IMG/VR virus record: IMGVR_UViG_3300048538_000042
Location: 1-55,760 of that record
Origin: a virus
Taxonomy: Duplodnaviria; Caudoviricetes
Direction: 5' to 3' (one strand)
DNA: 55,760 nucleotides
Part shown: in pieces, positions 1 through 7,579 of the stretch
Layout of the letters: every line of letters begins with the position of its first letter
Numbering within the stretch: position 1 is the stretch's first letter
The notes under the pieces: generated by a model
Databases searched by the model: none
What the model was told of the DNA's origin: nothing
The model's input: the letters and a program-made list of their open reading frames with translations, nothing else
Program-made: the position numbers and the translations under genes

Positions 1-123
1 GTCCCAGTAACGCCAGTCCCAGTAACGCCAGTCCCAGTAACGCCAGTCCCAGTAACGCCAGTTGCTATGGTTCCTATACCTCCTGTGCCTCCTGTGCCTC
101 CTGTGCCTCCTGTGCCTCCTGTG
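1..123 (-). repeat. Coding tandem repeats: 15-mer (TGVTG) x4 and 9-mer (GGT) x5
   Basis: GTCCCAGTAACGCCA x4 (1-60); CCTCCTGTG x5 (79-123). Confidence 0.95.
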
Positions 124-145
124 CCTGTTCCGACAACTTCACTTA
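1..145. repeat. Terminal overlap, copy 1 (circular assembly join)
   Basis: 1-145 matches 55598-55760 except that the 9-mer CCTCCTGTG occurs 5 times here and 7 times at the end. Confidence 0.95.
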
Positions 146-3100
146 ACGGTTTAACAACCTTACCGTTTTCGTACAAAGTATCGTTAATCACACCATTCGC
201 CGTAACACCAAGAGACGGATTACCGACATATGTAACACCGCCCTGTGTGTAAAGCGTGTTAGGGTCATACTGACCAAAAATAGAAACTACATTTGTGTCA
301 GTCCCAGTAACGCCAGTGCCTCCCAAAAGTGCCTCAGACGCTGTGGGACGCGCCGCATCAGCGTCATCTGTGCCACCACCAAGAAGCGTTTCAGAAGCTG
401 TCGTATCAACCACCGTTGCACCAGCAGCCGCAGCCGCATTCGCGTCACTGTTCTGAACAGCGTTCGTCGCATTGATTAAGTTGGCATTAGTTCCAGCCCC
501 AACTGCCGCCGTGAAACCCGTGTTTTCGTTAGTTAGTGTAAGATTCCCACCGACATTAGAAACCACTACATTCTGGTCCGTGCCCCCGAGTACAGCGTCC
601 TCAGTCCTCTGAAGATCCGATACCTTCGTCTCGTCGCCAGTTAAAGTATCGCCTGTGCTAAATGAACCCCCTACAGTAGCCGATTGATTCGTGTCGTTGT
701 CCGTAAGAACCAATTTACCTTCGTCATCCGTAGATACCGTGACATTTTCTCCAGACTGCAGAATCTCACTAGCGGTTAACTTTGCAACCGTTGTCTCATT
801 GCCAGTTAAAGTACCACCAACACCAAGCGCAAGGTCCGACGCCGAAGCCTCCGCAGAAGTGTCAAACTCATTACCCAACGCATCAAAAAACTTTCCTTGA
901 GTGCCCGTCTTCTTAGATTCGCCGACAGTCGTCAATAACCCGCCCAAATCATCATATCCAGAACCTGTCGCCTTTGCGTTGTCCACTGCGTTGTTATACG
1001 TTGCTAAGTTCTTTGCCGTATTAACTCCGGTTTCAATCGCGTCCGTTGTCACGGCAGCACCCGCTCCGGCAAGAGAACCCGTAACAAAATTACCACTGGC
1101 ATCTTGGAAAATGTTTAGTTTGTCGTCTCCCGTAAGATTAAGAACATTGTTTACCGCGTTAGACACAAACGCCGCCTCCGCAACCTCTTGAGCACCTTCA
1201 CCCAAAGCCTTACCTATCTTGCCCTTAATCGCTGCGTCCGTTGCACCCGTCGCAGAAACTTCAAGAATCGAACTCGCTAAAACTTCGTTGGCAAGATAAT
1301 CCAACGCACCTTGCTCACCAAGAATCCCAACAGCCTTCAAATACGTCGGGTTGTTCTGTAACTTACCCTCATCATATAACGTCTGAATAGCACCATCAGC
1401 CTGTTGTTTTGCTGCTTCAGTCGCCTCACCCGCACCCACAACACCTATAGCACCCAGAGCTAACGGATTACGAGTCATCATCATCACAGCCAGATCAACA
1501 AATTCTTCACCAACCTCTTGGCCCAGCTGAAGAGCCGTGCCCAATGTTGTTCCTGCTATCTCCAAATCTTGAGGCAATGTACCTAAAATCGCAGACGTGT
1601 TTTTTTCCGCAATCTCTCTGGGAGTCAGTATTTTCGACTGAAGTTTGTCCCCTAGACCACTGACAAACTCACCCGCCTTACCAACAATACCCTGTTGATA
1701 CGAGTCGAAATTCTTCATCTTGGTAGTTTCAGAGTCGTCTAAAAACGCTCCCGATTCACGACCAGCCTCACCAAACGACATCGAGTATTGATTCTCCGTG
1801 TAAGTTTCGTCCGCTAAAGCATTCTCTATCGCACGAAGAGCTTGGTCCTTCTGTATATCTACACCCTGTAACCCCTGACCAAGGCCCGTCAACATCCCAG
1901 GAAGGTACGCACCCGCTGTCTTTCGAGCCGCGTCTAAGAAACCGCTGTCCTCTGCAGAAGTCTCCGCACCAACAAAATTAGTAGCCGTAGTATCAACCTC
2001 CGGAGGCAACAACGCCGCTACATCCGCATCCGTAAGATCGTTGCCCTCTATCAAATTTAAAGTCGCAAGGGCCTCATCTACACCAATGTCCCCCGCACCC
2101 ATCTCACCCGTGAGATTAAGAAGCGCATCCGTAACATTGTTCGCACCACCTACAGTGTCTACTGTAATAGTCCCAGCATCCGCGCCCGTCTTTAAATCAA
2201 TCCCAGACAAAGCCTCCTGGTCTACATCAAAACCTAAATCGCTCAACGCAACCAAGTCTTGAGGCAAAATAGTGTCTCCCTCTTGGTAAATATCCGACAA
2301 ACCCAACTCCAGAGCCAACTGAGGAGTCATCGGACTGCCAACAGTAAGAGATGAATATTCCGCAGCAGGCAACGCACCAGGAACAAAGGTCCCAGGTCCG
2401 CCAGTCGGAATAAAAGGAGTCGTGTCTACAGCAGGAGCAAGATCCGTCGTGTAAACTCCACCATTCCACTCAAACGTATCGTTCCCCGCAGCGCGGTTCG
2501 CAGCAAACGCCTCGTCAAACGTCTGTTCCGTTACCGCAGCACCCGCAGCCGCACCCGTCTCAAACGTACCCGTCTCAGCATCAAAGCCAACCGAAGGTAC
2601 ATCCGTCGTCTCTCCAGTAACAATATTCTCCAGTAACTGCGTAAAACCAATAAACTCAGGTACATCCGTGCTGCCACCAGCAGCCGCTACCTCATCAGAA
2701 AACGTCTCCGCTACATAATCAGATACATTCCCTCCAAACGTCGGACCCTGGCTGTTGTCCTGCGGATCAATGCTGTAATCCCGGCCTACAGTATTAGAAT
2801 TAGGGTTCTTAACTACAGTATACCAATTCCCACTGTCATCCTGCTTGATTGTCCCAGCATCAGAACTCGCATCCCCCACCGCAACTCCGTAATAAGGACC
2901 GTCACTCTCCGACTCACGAACCTCCTTCGCATAAGCAGACTCACCCTTCTCCGCCCGCTCTTGAACCTTCTTCATCTCCCTGCGATCATCCGCATCCCTC
3001 GGCTCATACGTCCCAGCAATCATAGCCAGCTTACGGTCGTTCTCACGCTTCCAATCCGTGTAATCCTCATTCGCAATGCTCTTCACATTACCAAACGCAT

Positions 3101-3257
3101 CCTCAACCGTATAATTCCCACTACTCCTGCCCAAAACAACAGTCTCCGTAACAGGCGACGGACTCGTGTAACTAACCGCATTCCCACTATCGTCAAAGTC
3201 ATAGTTACTAACATTCAAACCAGTGTTCTTCTCAATCCAGCCGAATAACCCAACCAT
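1..3257 (-). CDS. 5' part of a giant (~1375 aa) acidic, Gly/Thr-rich protein spanning the contig join; probable virion/ejection-type protein
   Basis: GGAGA RBS then ATG at 3257 (MVGLFGWIEKNTGL...). The frame appears open to position 1 (absent from the ORF track because no stop lies in range) and continues through the overlap in the frame of 54727..55389. Contains FDEAFAANRAAGNDTFEWNGGVYTT and GEGAQEVAE motifs. Confidence 0.85.
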   Translation of the reverse strand, partial: MVGLFGWIEKNTGLNVSNYDFDDSGNAVSYTSPSPVTETVVLGRSSGNYTVEDAFGNVKSIANEDYTDWKRENDRKLAMIAGTYEPRDADDRREMKKVQERAEKGESAYAKEVRESESDGPYYGVAVGDASSDAGTIKQDDSGNWYTVVKNPNSNTVGRDYSIDPQDNSQGPTFGGNVSDYVAETFSDEVAAAGGSTDVPEFIGFTQLLENIVTGETTDVPSVGFDAETGTFETGAAAGAAVTEQTFDEAFAANRAAGNDTFEWNGGVYTTDLAPAVDTTPFIPTGGPGTFVPGALPAAEYSSLTVGSPMTPQLALELGLSDIYQEGDTILPQDLVALSDLGFDVDQEALSGIDLKTGADAGTITVDTVGGANNVTDALLNLTGEMGAGDIGVDEALATLNLIEGNDLTDADVAALLPPEVDTTATNFVGAETSAEDSGFLDAARKTAGAYLPGMLTGLGQGLQGVDIQKDQALRAIENALADETYTENQYSMSFGEAGRESGAFLDDSETTKMKNFDSYQQGIVGKAGEFVSGLGDKLQSKILTPREIAEKNTSAILGTLPQDLEIAGTTLGTALQLGQEVGEEFVDLAVMMMTRNPLALGAIGVVGAGEATEAAKQQADGAIQTLYDEGKLQNNPTYLKAVGILGEQGALDYLANEVLASSILEVSATGATDAAIKGKIGKALGEGAQEVAEAAFVSNAVNNVLNLTGDDKLNIFQDASGNFVTGSLAGAGAAVTTDAIETGVNTAKNLATYNNAVDNAKATGSGYDDLGGLLTTVGESKKTGTQGKFFDALGNEFDTSAEASASDLALGVGGTLTGNETTVAKLTASEILQSGENVTVSTDDEGKLVLTDNDTNQSATVGGSFSTGDTLTGDETKVSDLQRTEDAVLGGTDQNVVVSNVGGNLTLTNENTGFTAAVGAGTNANLINATNAVQNSDANAAAAAGATVVDTTASETLLGGGTDDADAARPTASEALLGGTGVTGTDTNVVSIFGQYDPNTLYTQGGVTYVGNPSLGVTANGVINDTLYENGKVVKPLSEVVGTGTGGTGGTGGTGGTGGIGTIATGVTGTGVTGTGVTGTGVTG

Positions 3258-3342
3258 ACTTCTCTCCTAAAAATCCATGAAAACACAATACCCCAATCCC
3301 AAATGAAAATACACCCGCGATTTTTCCAACCCAATGGGTCCC

Positions 3343-3597
3343 CTAATGTACCTGCGCCTTCTTCGCTCCACGCGTCCGACGATAACTCCGGTTCTTACTA
3401 GCAGAAAGCACCCCAAGATTCTTCCCACTGTTGTCCCTCGGGTTCCCGTTCCGATGAGTAACGTCCTTCCCATCACCCTTCTTTACCTTGCCAGACTTCA
3501 ATAACTTAGCTCGGGCCGCGTTCCTCGATGCTCGGTTCTTCTTCTGCTTGTCCGAGGAATGATAATTATCATACTCAGACCTATAATCTCGGCCCAT
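3343..3597 (-). CDS. Small basic HNH-like endonuclease
   Basis: KGDGKDVTHRNGNPRDNSGKNLGVLSASKNRS resembles the phage HNH signature; GGAG RBS before ATG 3597. Confidence 0.7.
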   Translation of the reverse strand: MGRDYRSEYDNYHSSDKQKKNRASRNAARAKLLKSGKVKKGDGKDVTHRNGNPRDNSGKNLGVLSASKNRSYRRTRGAKKAQVH

Positions 3598-3626
3598 GGT
3601 CCGTGCTCCTTTTGTTCTCAAACAGT

Positions 3627-3655
3627 ATTATACACGAATGAATCTACAACACCAA
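3627..3655 (-). promoter_or_regulatory. Putative sigma70-type promoter for the HNH / giant ORF / terL (late) operon
   Basis: TTGGTG-17 nt-TATAAT on the minus strand. Confidence 0.6.
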
Positions 3656-3874
3656 CATTATAGGGGGCGCACAGCACAACCGTCCCGCAAATAAGGGGGT
3701 GATGGGGGTCGGACCCCTGCACAATATCAATAGGTATTCGGCCCAGTAACCCCTAACGCATGTGTGTAGCAGAGTGGTCATTGGTTCTAGGACCTGTGCT
3801 CTGGGTAAGCTCGTTTCTATACCCCCGGGGGTGCTGCAAGTTCCAGAAAAGTTTTAGTCTCGACCCTTTGTTTT

Positions 3875-3904
3875 TTGGTGGGAACAGATGCGATGTATTA
3901 TACT
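3875..3904 (+). promoter_or_regulatory. Putative rightward promoter for the structured RNA and early genes
   Basis: TTGGTG-18 nt-TATACT; the core TGTATTATACTG is 11/12 identical to TGTATAATACTG of the divergent promoter. Confidence 0.45.
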
Positions 3905-3909
3905 GCTGC

Positions 3910-4250
3910 TTAGTCTGGGCGACGCCCGGGCTGTCGTGAACCAAGCCCCTTCAGGTCTTGGCCCTTCGGGCTTCCATCCCTGTCGCACTCTCGTGAACAG
4001 AAGGAGAGTTGATCGGGAATCGTCCGAGGCGACGGGTCAACCGTGCAGTGGCGCGGTCGTCCCGCTCGGCTCGGACTGTTCGACGGACAAGACCGCGACC
4101 CAGCCACCTACAGTATCCGAGGTCATGATGGTCGCGGTTGTTGTCCTGCGTTGGTAATCACGAGTTGCGCGACGCGGTTTCCAGCCTTTGTGTGGCCTGT
4201 CGAACGTCCTCGCTGACGCTGCGGGCGTCGGCCACGGGCTGGTATCGCCC
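3910..4250 (+). ncRNA. Putative multi-stem structured non-coding RNA, family unknown
   Basis: At least 8 helices, several with G-U pairs that work only in the + orientation, e.g. 3912-3920/3924-3932, 3979-3986/4029-4036, 4040-4046/4051-4057, 4091-4100/4130-4139; no credible ORF. Confidence 0.6.
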
Positions 4251-4299
4251 TGTTAGTTCAGTGTGCTGTACTCAATGTTGGTTAAGGGGCTCAAGATGA

Positions 4300-4321
4300 A
4301 TAGATCCCTGTGGGGATCTAT
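4300..4321. other. Perfect 9-bp hairpin
   Basis: ATAGATCCC-tgtg-GGGATCTAT. Confidence 0.7.
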
Positions 4322-4499
4322 AGTTATTTATTTATTGAAATGTCCTGCCGCTTTCCGTACCGGACGCGGAAACTTAAACCCTGAGTAAAGGTGGAACGCT
4401 GCATCAAACCTCAAGTGGTTTGACGCTGCATTCCATTGACTCAGGGTTTAAGTTTGCGTTGAGTTACTTCATCGGCCAGACGTTTCAATAAAAAAACTA
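4321..4499. ncRNA. ~170-nt rod-like inverted repeat with central bubble (6S-RNA-like architecture, or a DNA cruciform)
   Basis: Perfect 17-bp arm 4370-4386/4439-4455; 14-bp arm 4331-4344/4479-4492; 12x12-nt bubble 4351-4362/4461-4472. Confidence 0.5.
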
Positions 4500-4532
4500 A
4501 AGTCGATATTAACTCAAACATAGGAGGCCAGC

Positions 4533-4787
4533 ATGGCTACTTCAAACTATACTAACACAGACGATATGCCCATCAGCCTGAACATCACAGTTCGGGAACT
4601 CAAGTCAATCGAACGCCTTATGACTGAGCACGGCTCAGAGTGGAACGGTTGGAGTACCGAACGTCAACTGCACAAGGATCTTCGTAAGGTTCTAACACAG
4701 GCGTTCGTATCTATGGCCGACAGCAGCAGCTACGGTCAACGCGAGTATGACTCAGTCGTCGAGTACAAAGCGAAAGACGCCGCTTAA
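4533..4787 (+). CDS. Hypothetical early protein
   Basis: AGGAGG RBS, 84 aa ORF. Confidence 0.8.
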   Translation: MATSNYTNTDDMPISLNITVRELKSIERLMTEHGSEWNGWSTERQLHKDLRKVLTQAFVSMADSSSYGQREYDSVVEYKAKDAA

Positions 4788-4966
4788 TGGAACGAATCAA
4801 CCTGTTCCACACACCATACGATTGGGACGAGTTGATGGATTGGGTGAACCGACACAGTAAGTCGGAACGCCCACATCTTCTCACCGCTGCAGCCATGGGT
4901 TGGAACCTGGCTGTAGCAACAAATGAATCCATCCAAAAGGAGAAATCAGATGGAAAATCAAACTAA
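4787..4966 (+). CDS. Hypothetical early protein, 59 aa (MERINLFHTPYDWDELMDW...)
   Basis: TAATG coupling to the upstream gene; below the ORF-track cutoff, translated by hand. Confidence 0.75.
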   Translation: MERINLFHTPYDWDELMDWVNRHSKSERPHLLTAAAMGWNLAVATNESIQKEKSDGKSN

Positions 4967-5189
4967 CCAACTAGCCGATCTAATCATGGCCATCATTCAA
5001 GAGAAGGTCGACGAACGTATCGAGCAGAAGGTCAACGATCTTCAGGACGGTATGAACACCGCATCCATCGACGAGTTCGACATACACGATCACTCACAAG
5101 ATATCGTAGACATGATCGACGAGTTCGACATCGACCACAAGATCGAGCAGTGGTTCCAGAACAACACCTTCTCAGTCACGGTCGACTAA
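4950..5189 (+). CDS. Acidic hypothetical protein with a duplicated IDEFDI motif
   Basis: AAGGAG RBS before ATG 4950. Confidence 0.8.
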   Translation: MENQTNQLADLIMAIIQEKVDERIEQKVNDLQDGMNTASIDEFDIHDHSQDIVDMIDEFDIDHKIEQWFQNNTFSVTVD

Positions 5190-5197
5190 CTTCAACC

Positions 5198-5217
5198 GCG
5201 GGGGCTTCGGCTCCCGC
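5198..5217 (+). terminator. GC-rich cUUCGg hairpin without U-tract, copy 1
   Basis: GCGGGGGC-TTCG-GCTCCCGC just after a stop codon. Confidence 0.5.
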
Positions 5218-5236
5218 ACCTTCAAAGGATCATCTA

Positions 5237-5584
5237 ATGAGACAAGAAACTGACAAGATCGCACGGGCTTTCTTCCGTCGCAGAGCAGCCAACGCAGCAC
5301 GGACAAGCACCAACGGTGAGATCGTCTGGCTACACGGCAACCGCATCGCATGGCGTACACTCGACGGCGACATCGGCTTTACCCTCGCAGGGTGGCCCAC
5401 CGTCACAACACGCGAGCGCATCAACGGCATACTCACCACATTCGGATACCGATACTGGGGCGTAGCACAACGCAACCACGATCAGTATCTGGTACTCGGT
5501 GCGGACAAGATGATGCCGCTCGGAGAGCACGATCACTTCTACCTCAGTGAGCTACGGGCCATGGAGCCGCTATCATGCGCATAG
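5237..5584 (+). CDS. Hypothetical protein (LHGNRIAW...GWPTVTTRERINGI, a common phage family)
   Basis: AAGGA RBS, ATG 5237. Confidence 0.8.
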   Translation: MRQETDKIARAFFRRRAANAARTSTNGEIVWLHGNRIAWRTLDGDIGFTLAGWPTVTTRERINGILTTFGYRYWGVAQRNHDQYLVLGADKMMPLGEHDHFYLSELRAMEPLSCA

Positions 5585-5595
5585 GTGGATATCAG

Positions 5596-5772
5596 ATGAA
5601 GGACCTCGGCTATGGTGTCGAGGTCCGCGAATATGAAGCAGGCTGGTCGTTCTTCATACAGGGCGACGATGCACAGCAGTTTCGTGAAGAGTGGGAGAAG
5701 TGGGAAGACCTCGTTAGTAGCGACTTCCGACACTTCCTTTCAACCCACGAATACGACACATTGTTCAAATAG
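5596..5772 (+). CDS. Hypothetical protein
   Basis: ATG 5596, colinear with neighbours. Confidence 0.7.
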   Translation: MKDLGYGVEVREYEAGWSFFIQGDDAQQFREEWEKWEDLVSSDFRHFLSTHEYDTLFK

Positions 5773-5781
5773 GAGACGAAC

Positions 5782-5982
5782 ATGAAAATCGAAAAGAACA
5801 TTCCAATTCCGTTAAAACGCTCAAGATTGAGAGACATTTTAAATCAAATGGACGTTGGAGACAGCGTCCTCCTCGACACCAGATCTGAATGTGTAGCAAT
5901 GAGACACTCAGCGTTGAGTCTAGGTTTCACAATCGCTACACGAACCATAGATGACAAAATCAGATTATGGAGAACGTCATGA
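5782..5982 (+). CDS. Small phage protein (MKIEKNIPIP...MDVGDS), possibly DNA-binding
   Basis: AGGAG RBS; recognisable phage small-protein motif. Confidence 0.8.
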   Translation: MKIEKNIPIPLKRSRLRDILNQMDVGDSVLLDTRSECVAMRHSALSLGFTIATRTIDDKIRLWRTS

Positions 5983-6197
5983 AACCAATGTTCGAATGGA
6001 ACGACGACGAGATCCGCGACTACTATGACATCAACCCTGACCTCTCAATCCTGACATACGCCGGGATGCTCGGACTGTCAGGAGGTGAGCTCAAGGATAT
6101 CCTGATGACAGACGGTAGCGCCGTCGACAAGGAAGAAGCAAAGACAGCAGAGGAGATGTTCGAAACCGAAGCGCCAACAACGCGCAACTACTGGTAA
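5979..6197 (+). CDS. Hypothetical protein
   Basis: GGAG RBS, ATGA overlap with the upstream stop. Confidence 0.75.
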   Translation: MKPMFEWNDDEIRDYYDINPDLSILTYAGMLGLSGGELKDILMTDGSAVDKEEAKTAEEMFETEAPTTRNYW

Positions 6198-6202
6198 CTA
6201 AC

Positions 6203-6220
6203 GGGGGGCTTCGGCTCCCC
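6203..6220 (+). terminator. GC-rich cUUCGg hairpin without U-tract, copy 2
   Basis: GGGGGGC-TTCG-GCTCCCC closing the first early block. Confidence 0.55.
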
Positions 6221-6354
6221 CAACTACTATCATAAATAGAGTCACGCTAGTCGCGTGACAAATTTTGGTAAAAATTGAGTCTCGTTCCTCGACACTTGTT
6301 TAATAGGCTCGGCTCCCTCGTCCCTCGGTCGCCTCGAAAAGAAAATGCGCGCGT

Positions 6355-6396
6355 GGGGCCGCAGGGCTTACCGCTGCGCGAGGGGCCGCAGGGCTT
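6355..6396. repeat. 15-bp direct repeat GGGGCCGCAGGGCTT x2
   Basis: 6355-6369 and 6382-6396, straddling the nuclease stop codon. Confidence 0.8.
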
Positions 6397-6760
6397 CGAA
6401 CATCGAGCCAAGACCCTCGAACCTGTGTCCAGCCGTCCCAGACAGCCCGTGATCATGCAAACTAGACCCCTTGTACCCCTCAAACAAATATAGCACCTTC
6501 AAAGAGGGGGCCTTTACCAAGAAGAAAGTCGCGCCGCCGCGAGCCCAATATGCAGCATTCCACGCAATTTGATGAGGCGAGAGACGGACGGCGTAGGAGT
6601 TTGCTACCTTCAATTCCATCCAAAACGGGACGCCATCCCAGACAGCATGGACATCCGGAACCCCGCCCCCGTGCTTGTTTTCAATCCTCGTGGCGAAGCA
6701 CTTCTTCGGCAGATTTGTCCTGATCGATTGCCAAAAGTTCGCTTCCGGTCCCTTGCTCAT
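6368..6760 (-). CDS. VRR-NUC / PD-(D/E)xK nuclease (Holliday junction resolvase-like)
   Basis: RIEN...GVPD...FWMELK...LSPHQIAW motifs. Confidence 0.8.
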   Translation of the reverse strand: MSKGPEANFWQSIRTNLPKKCFATRIENKHGGGVPDVHAVWDGVPFWMELKVANSYAVRLSPHQIAWNAAYWARGGATFFLVKAPSLKVLYLFEGYKGSSLHDHGLSGTAGHRFEGLGSMFEALRPLAQR

Positions 6761-7253
6761 CTGGTGTGATGTCCTTTGCCGTGCCGTCGATCACAAACGC
6801 CTGCGGATATTGTTTCTGCAATGCGGCAAGGCGAGATGTGATCTCGTCCCGCGACATCTGATCGATGGTGTTTATGTTTTCTCTCCGGTCGACTGTAAGG
6901 CCCCCCAAAGCAGCGCGGATCTTTTCGGCGTTGATGGCTGCTGAAAACTGCCCCGCCTCCTCTGCGCCCGATGACAGCTTGTACAGCCGTTCTAACTGCC
7001 CGATGGTGCTGACGCCATATCGACGCTGCCTTTCCTCCCTGAGTTCGACAACATATTCCAAAACGTGCGGGTAATCCCGTCCGTTGAGCAGCTTTGACGC
7101 GCTGGTGTTCGCCACTTCTGCTGAGTACCCAGCCTTTCGAGCAGCTTCTGCATTCGAGTAAATCCCTTCGACAATGTGTCTCGCAAAGGTCCGTTGTCGG
7201 TTGGTCAAGACCCGCCCATGTTCTTCTTCGATCTTCTTTTCCAGCTTTCCCAT
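6681..7253 (-). CDS. terS: Terminase small subunit
   Basis: LTNRQRTFARHIV...NAEAARKAGYS...ASKLL N-terminal HTH typical of TerS; GAGGTG RBS before ATG 7253. Confidence 0.75.
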   Translation of the reverse strand: MGKLEKKIEEEHGRVLTNRQRTFARHIVEGIYSNAEAARKAGYSAEVANTSASKLLNGRDYPHVLEYVVELREERQRRYGVSTIGQLERLYKLSSGAEEAGQFSAAINAEKIRAALGGLTVDRRENINTIDQMSRDEITSRLAALQKQYPQAFVIDGTAKDITPDEQGTGSELLAIDQDKSAEEVLRHED

Positions 7254-7309
7254 GCACACCTCACTTGTGGTCTACCAACAATTTACAACAGCCCGCCTTC
7301 CTTTGCAAG

Positions 7310-7495
7310 AAGCCTATATATAGCACTTTTCTCCAGCTAAATGTCCTCATGTCCTCACAAGTGTACTCAAATGAGGGCAGATTAACGAGTGAAATCAATG
7401 GTGAGGACAGTTGAGGACGGTGGGGACACCATATTTGGAATGAAAAAAAAAAAAAACAAAAAAACTGTGGGGAAGTGTCTATACTGTACTCAGCC
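7310..7495. other. Putative replication origin: inverted arrays of octamer iterons plus A-tract
   Basis: TGTCCTCA 7342 and 7350; TGTACTCA 7362 and 7485; inverse TGAGGGCA 7372, TGAGGACA 7402, TGAGGACG 7412, TGGGGACA 7421; A-tract ~7443-7464; strand composition switches here. Confidence 0.65.
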
Positions 7496-7497
7496 CC

Positions 7498-7550
7498 TTG
7501 ACTTCCCCTTCGACTTGTGGTTTAGTTGTTCTCGAAGCACAAGTGCTTCG
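7498..7550 (+). promoter_or_regulatory. Possible promoter (-35 TTGACT) followed by an operator-like palindrome
   Basis: TTGACT at 7498 with only a weak -10; CGAAGCAC-aa-GTGCTTCG at 7533-7550. Confidence 0.4.
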
Positions 7551-7579
7551 TTATCTATTTATTTATCTAGGAGACTAAG

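Noticed and set aside
1-145. Terminal overlap as a biological direct terminal repeat
   Set aside because: It lies mid-gene inside tandem repeats, a typical assembler break point, so it indicates circular assembly rather than physical ends
67-3248. Short ORFs listed in 67-3248 (e.g. the PPVPPV ORF)
   Set aside because: Antisense or off-frame shadows of the giant minus-strand ORF
3753-4157. ORFs 3753..3944, 3888..4157 and 3910..4107
   Set aside because: No convincing RBS or protein-like composition; the region is better explained by promoters and RNA structure
6757-7257. 166-aa alternative-frame ORF over terS
   Set aside because: Arg-rich off-frame shadow; the other frame carries the TerS motifs
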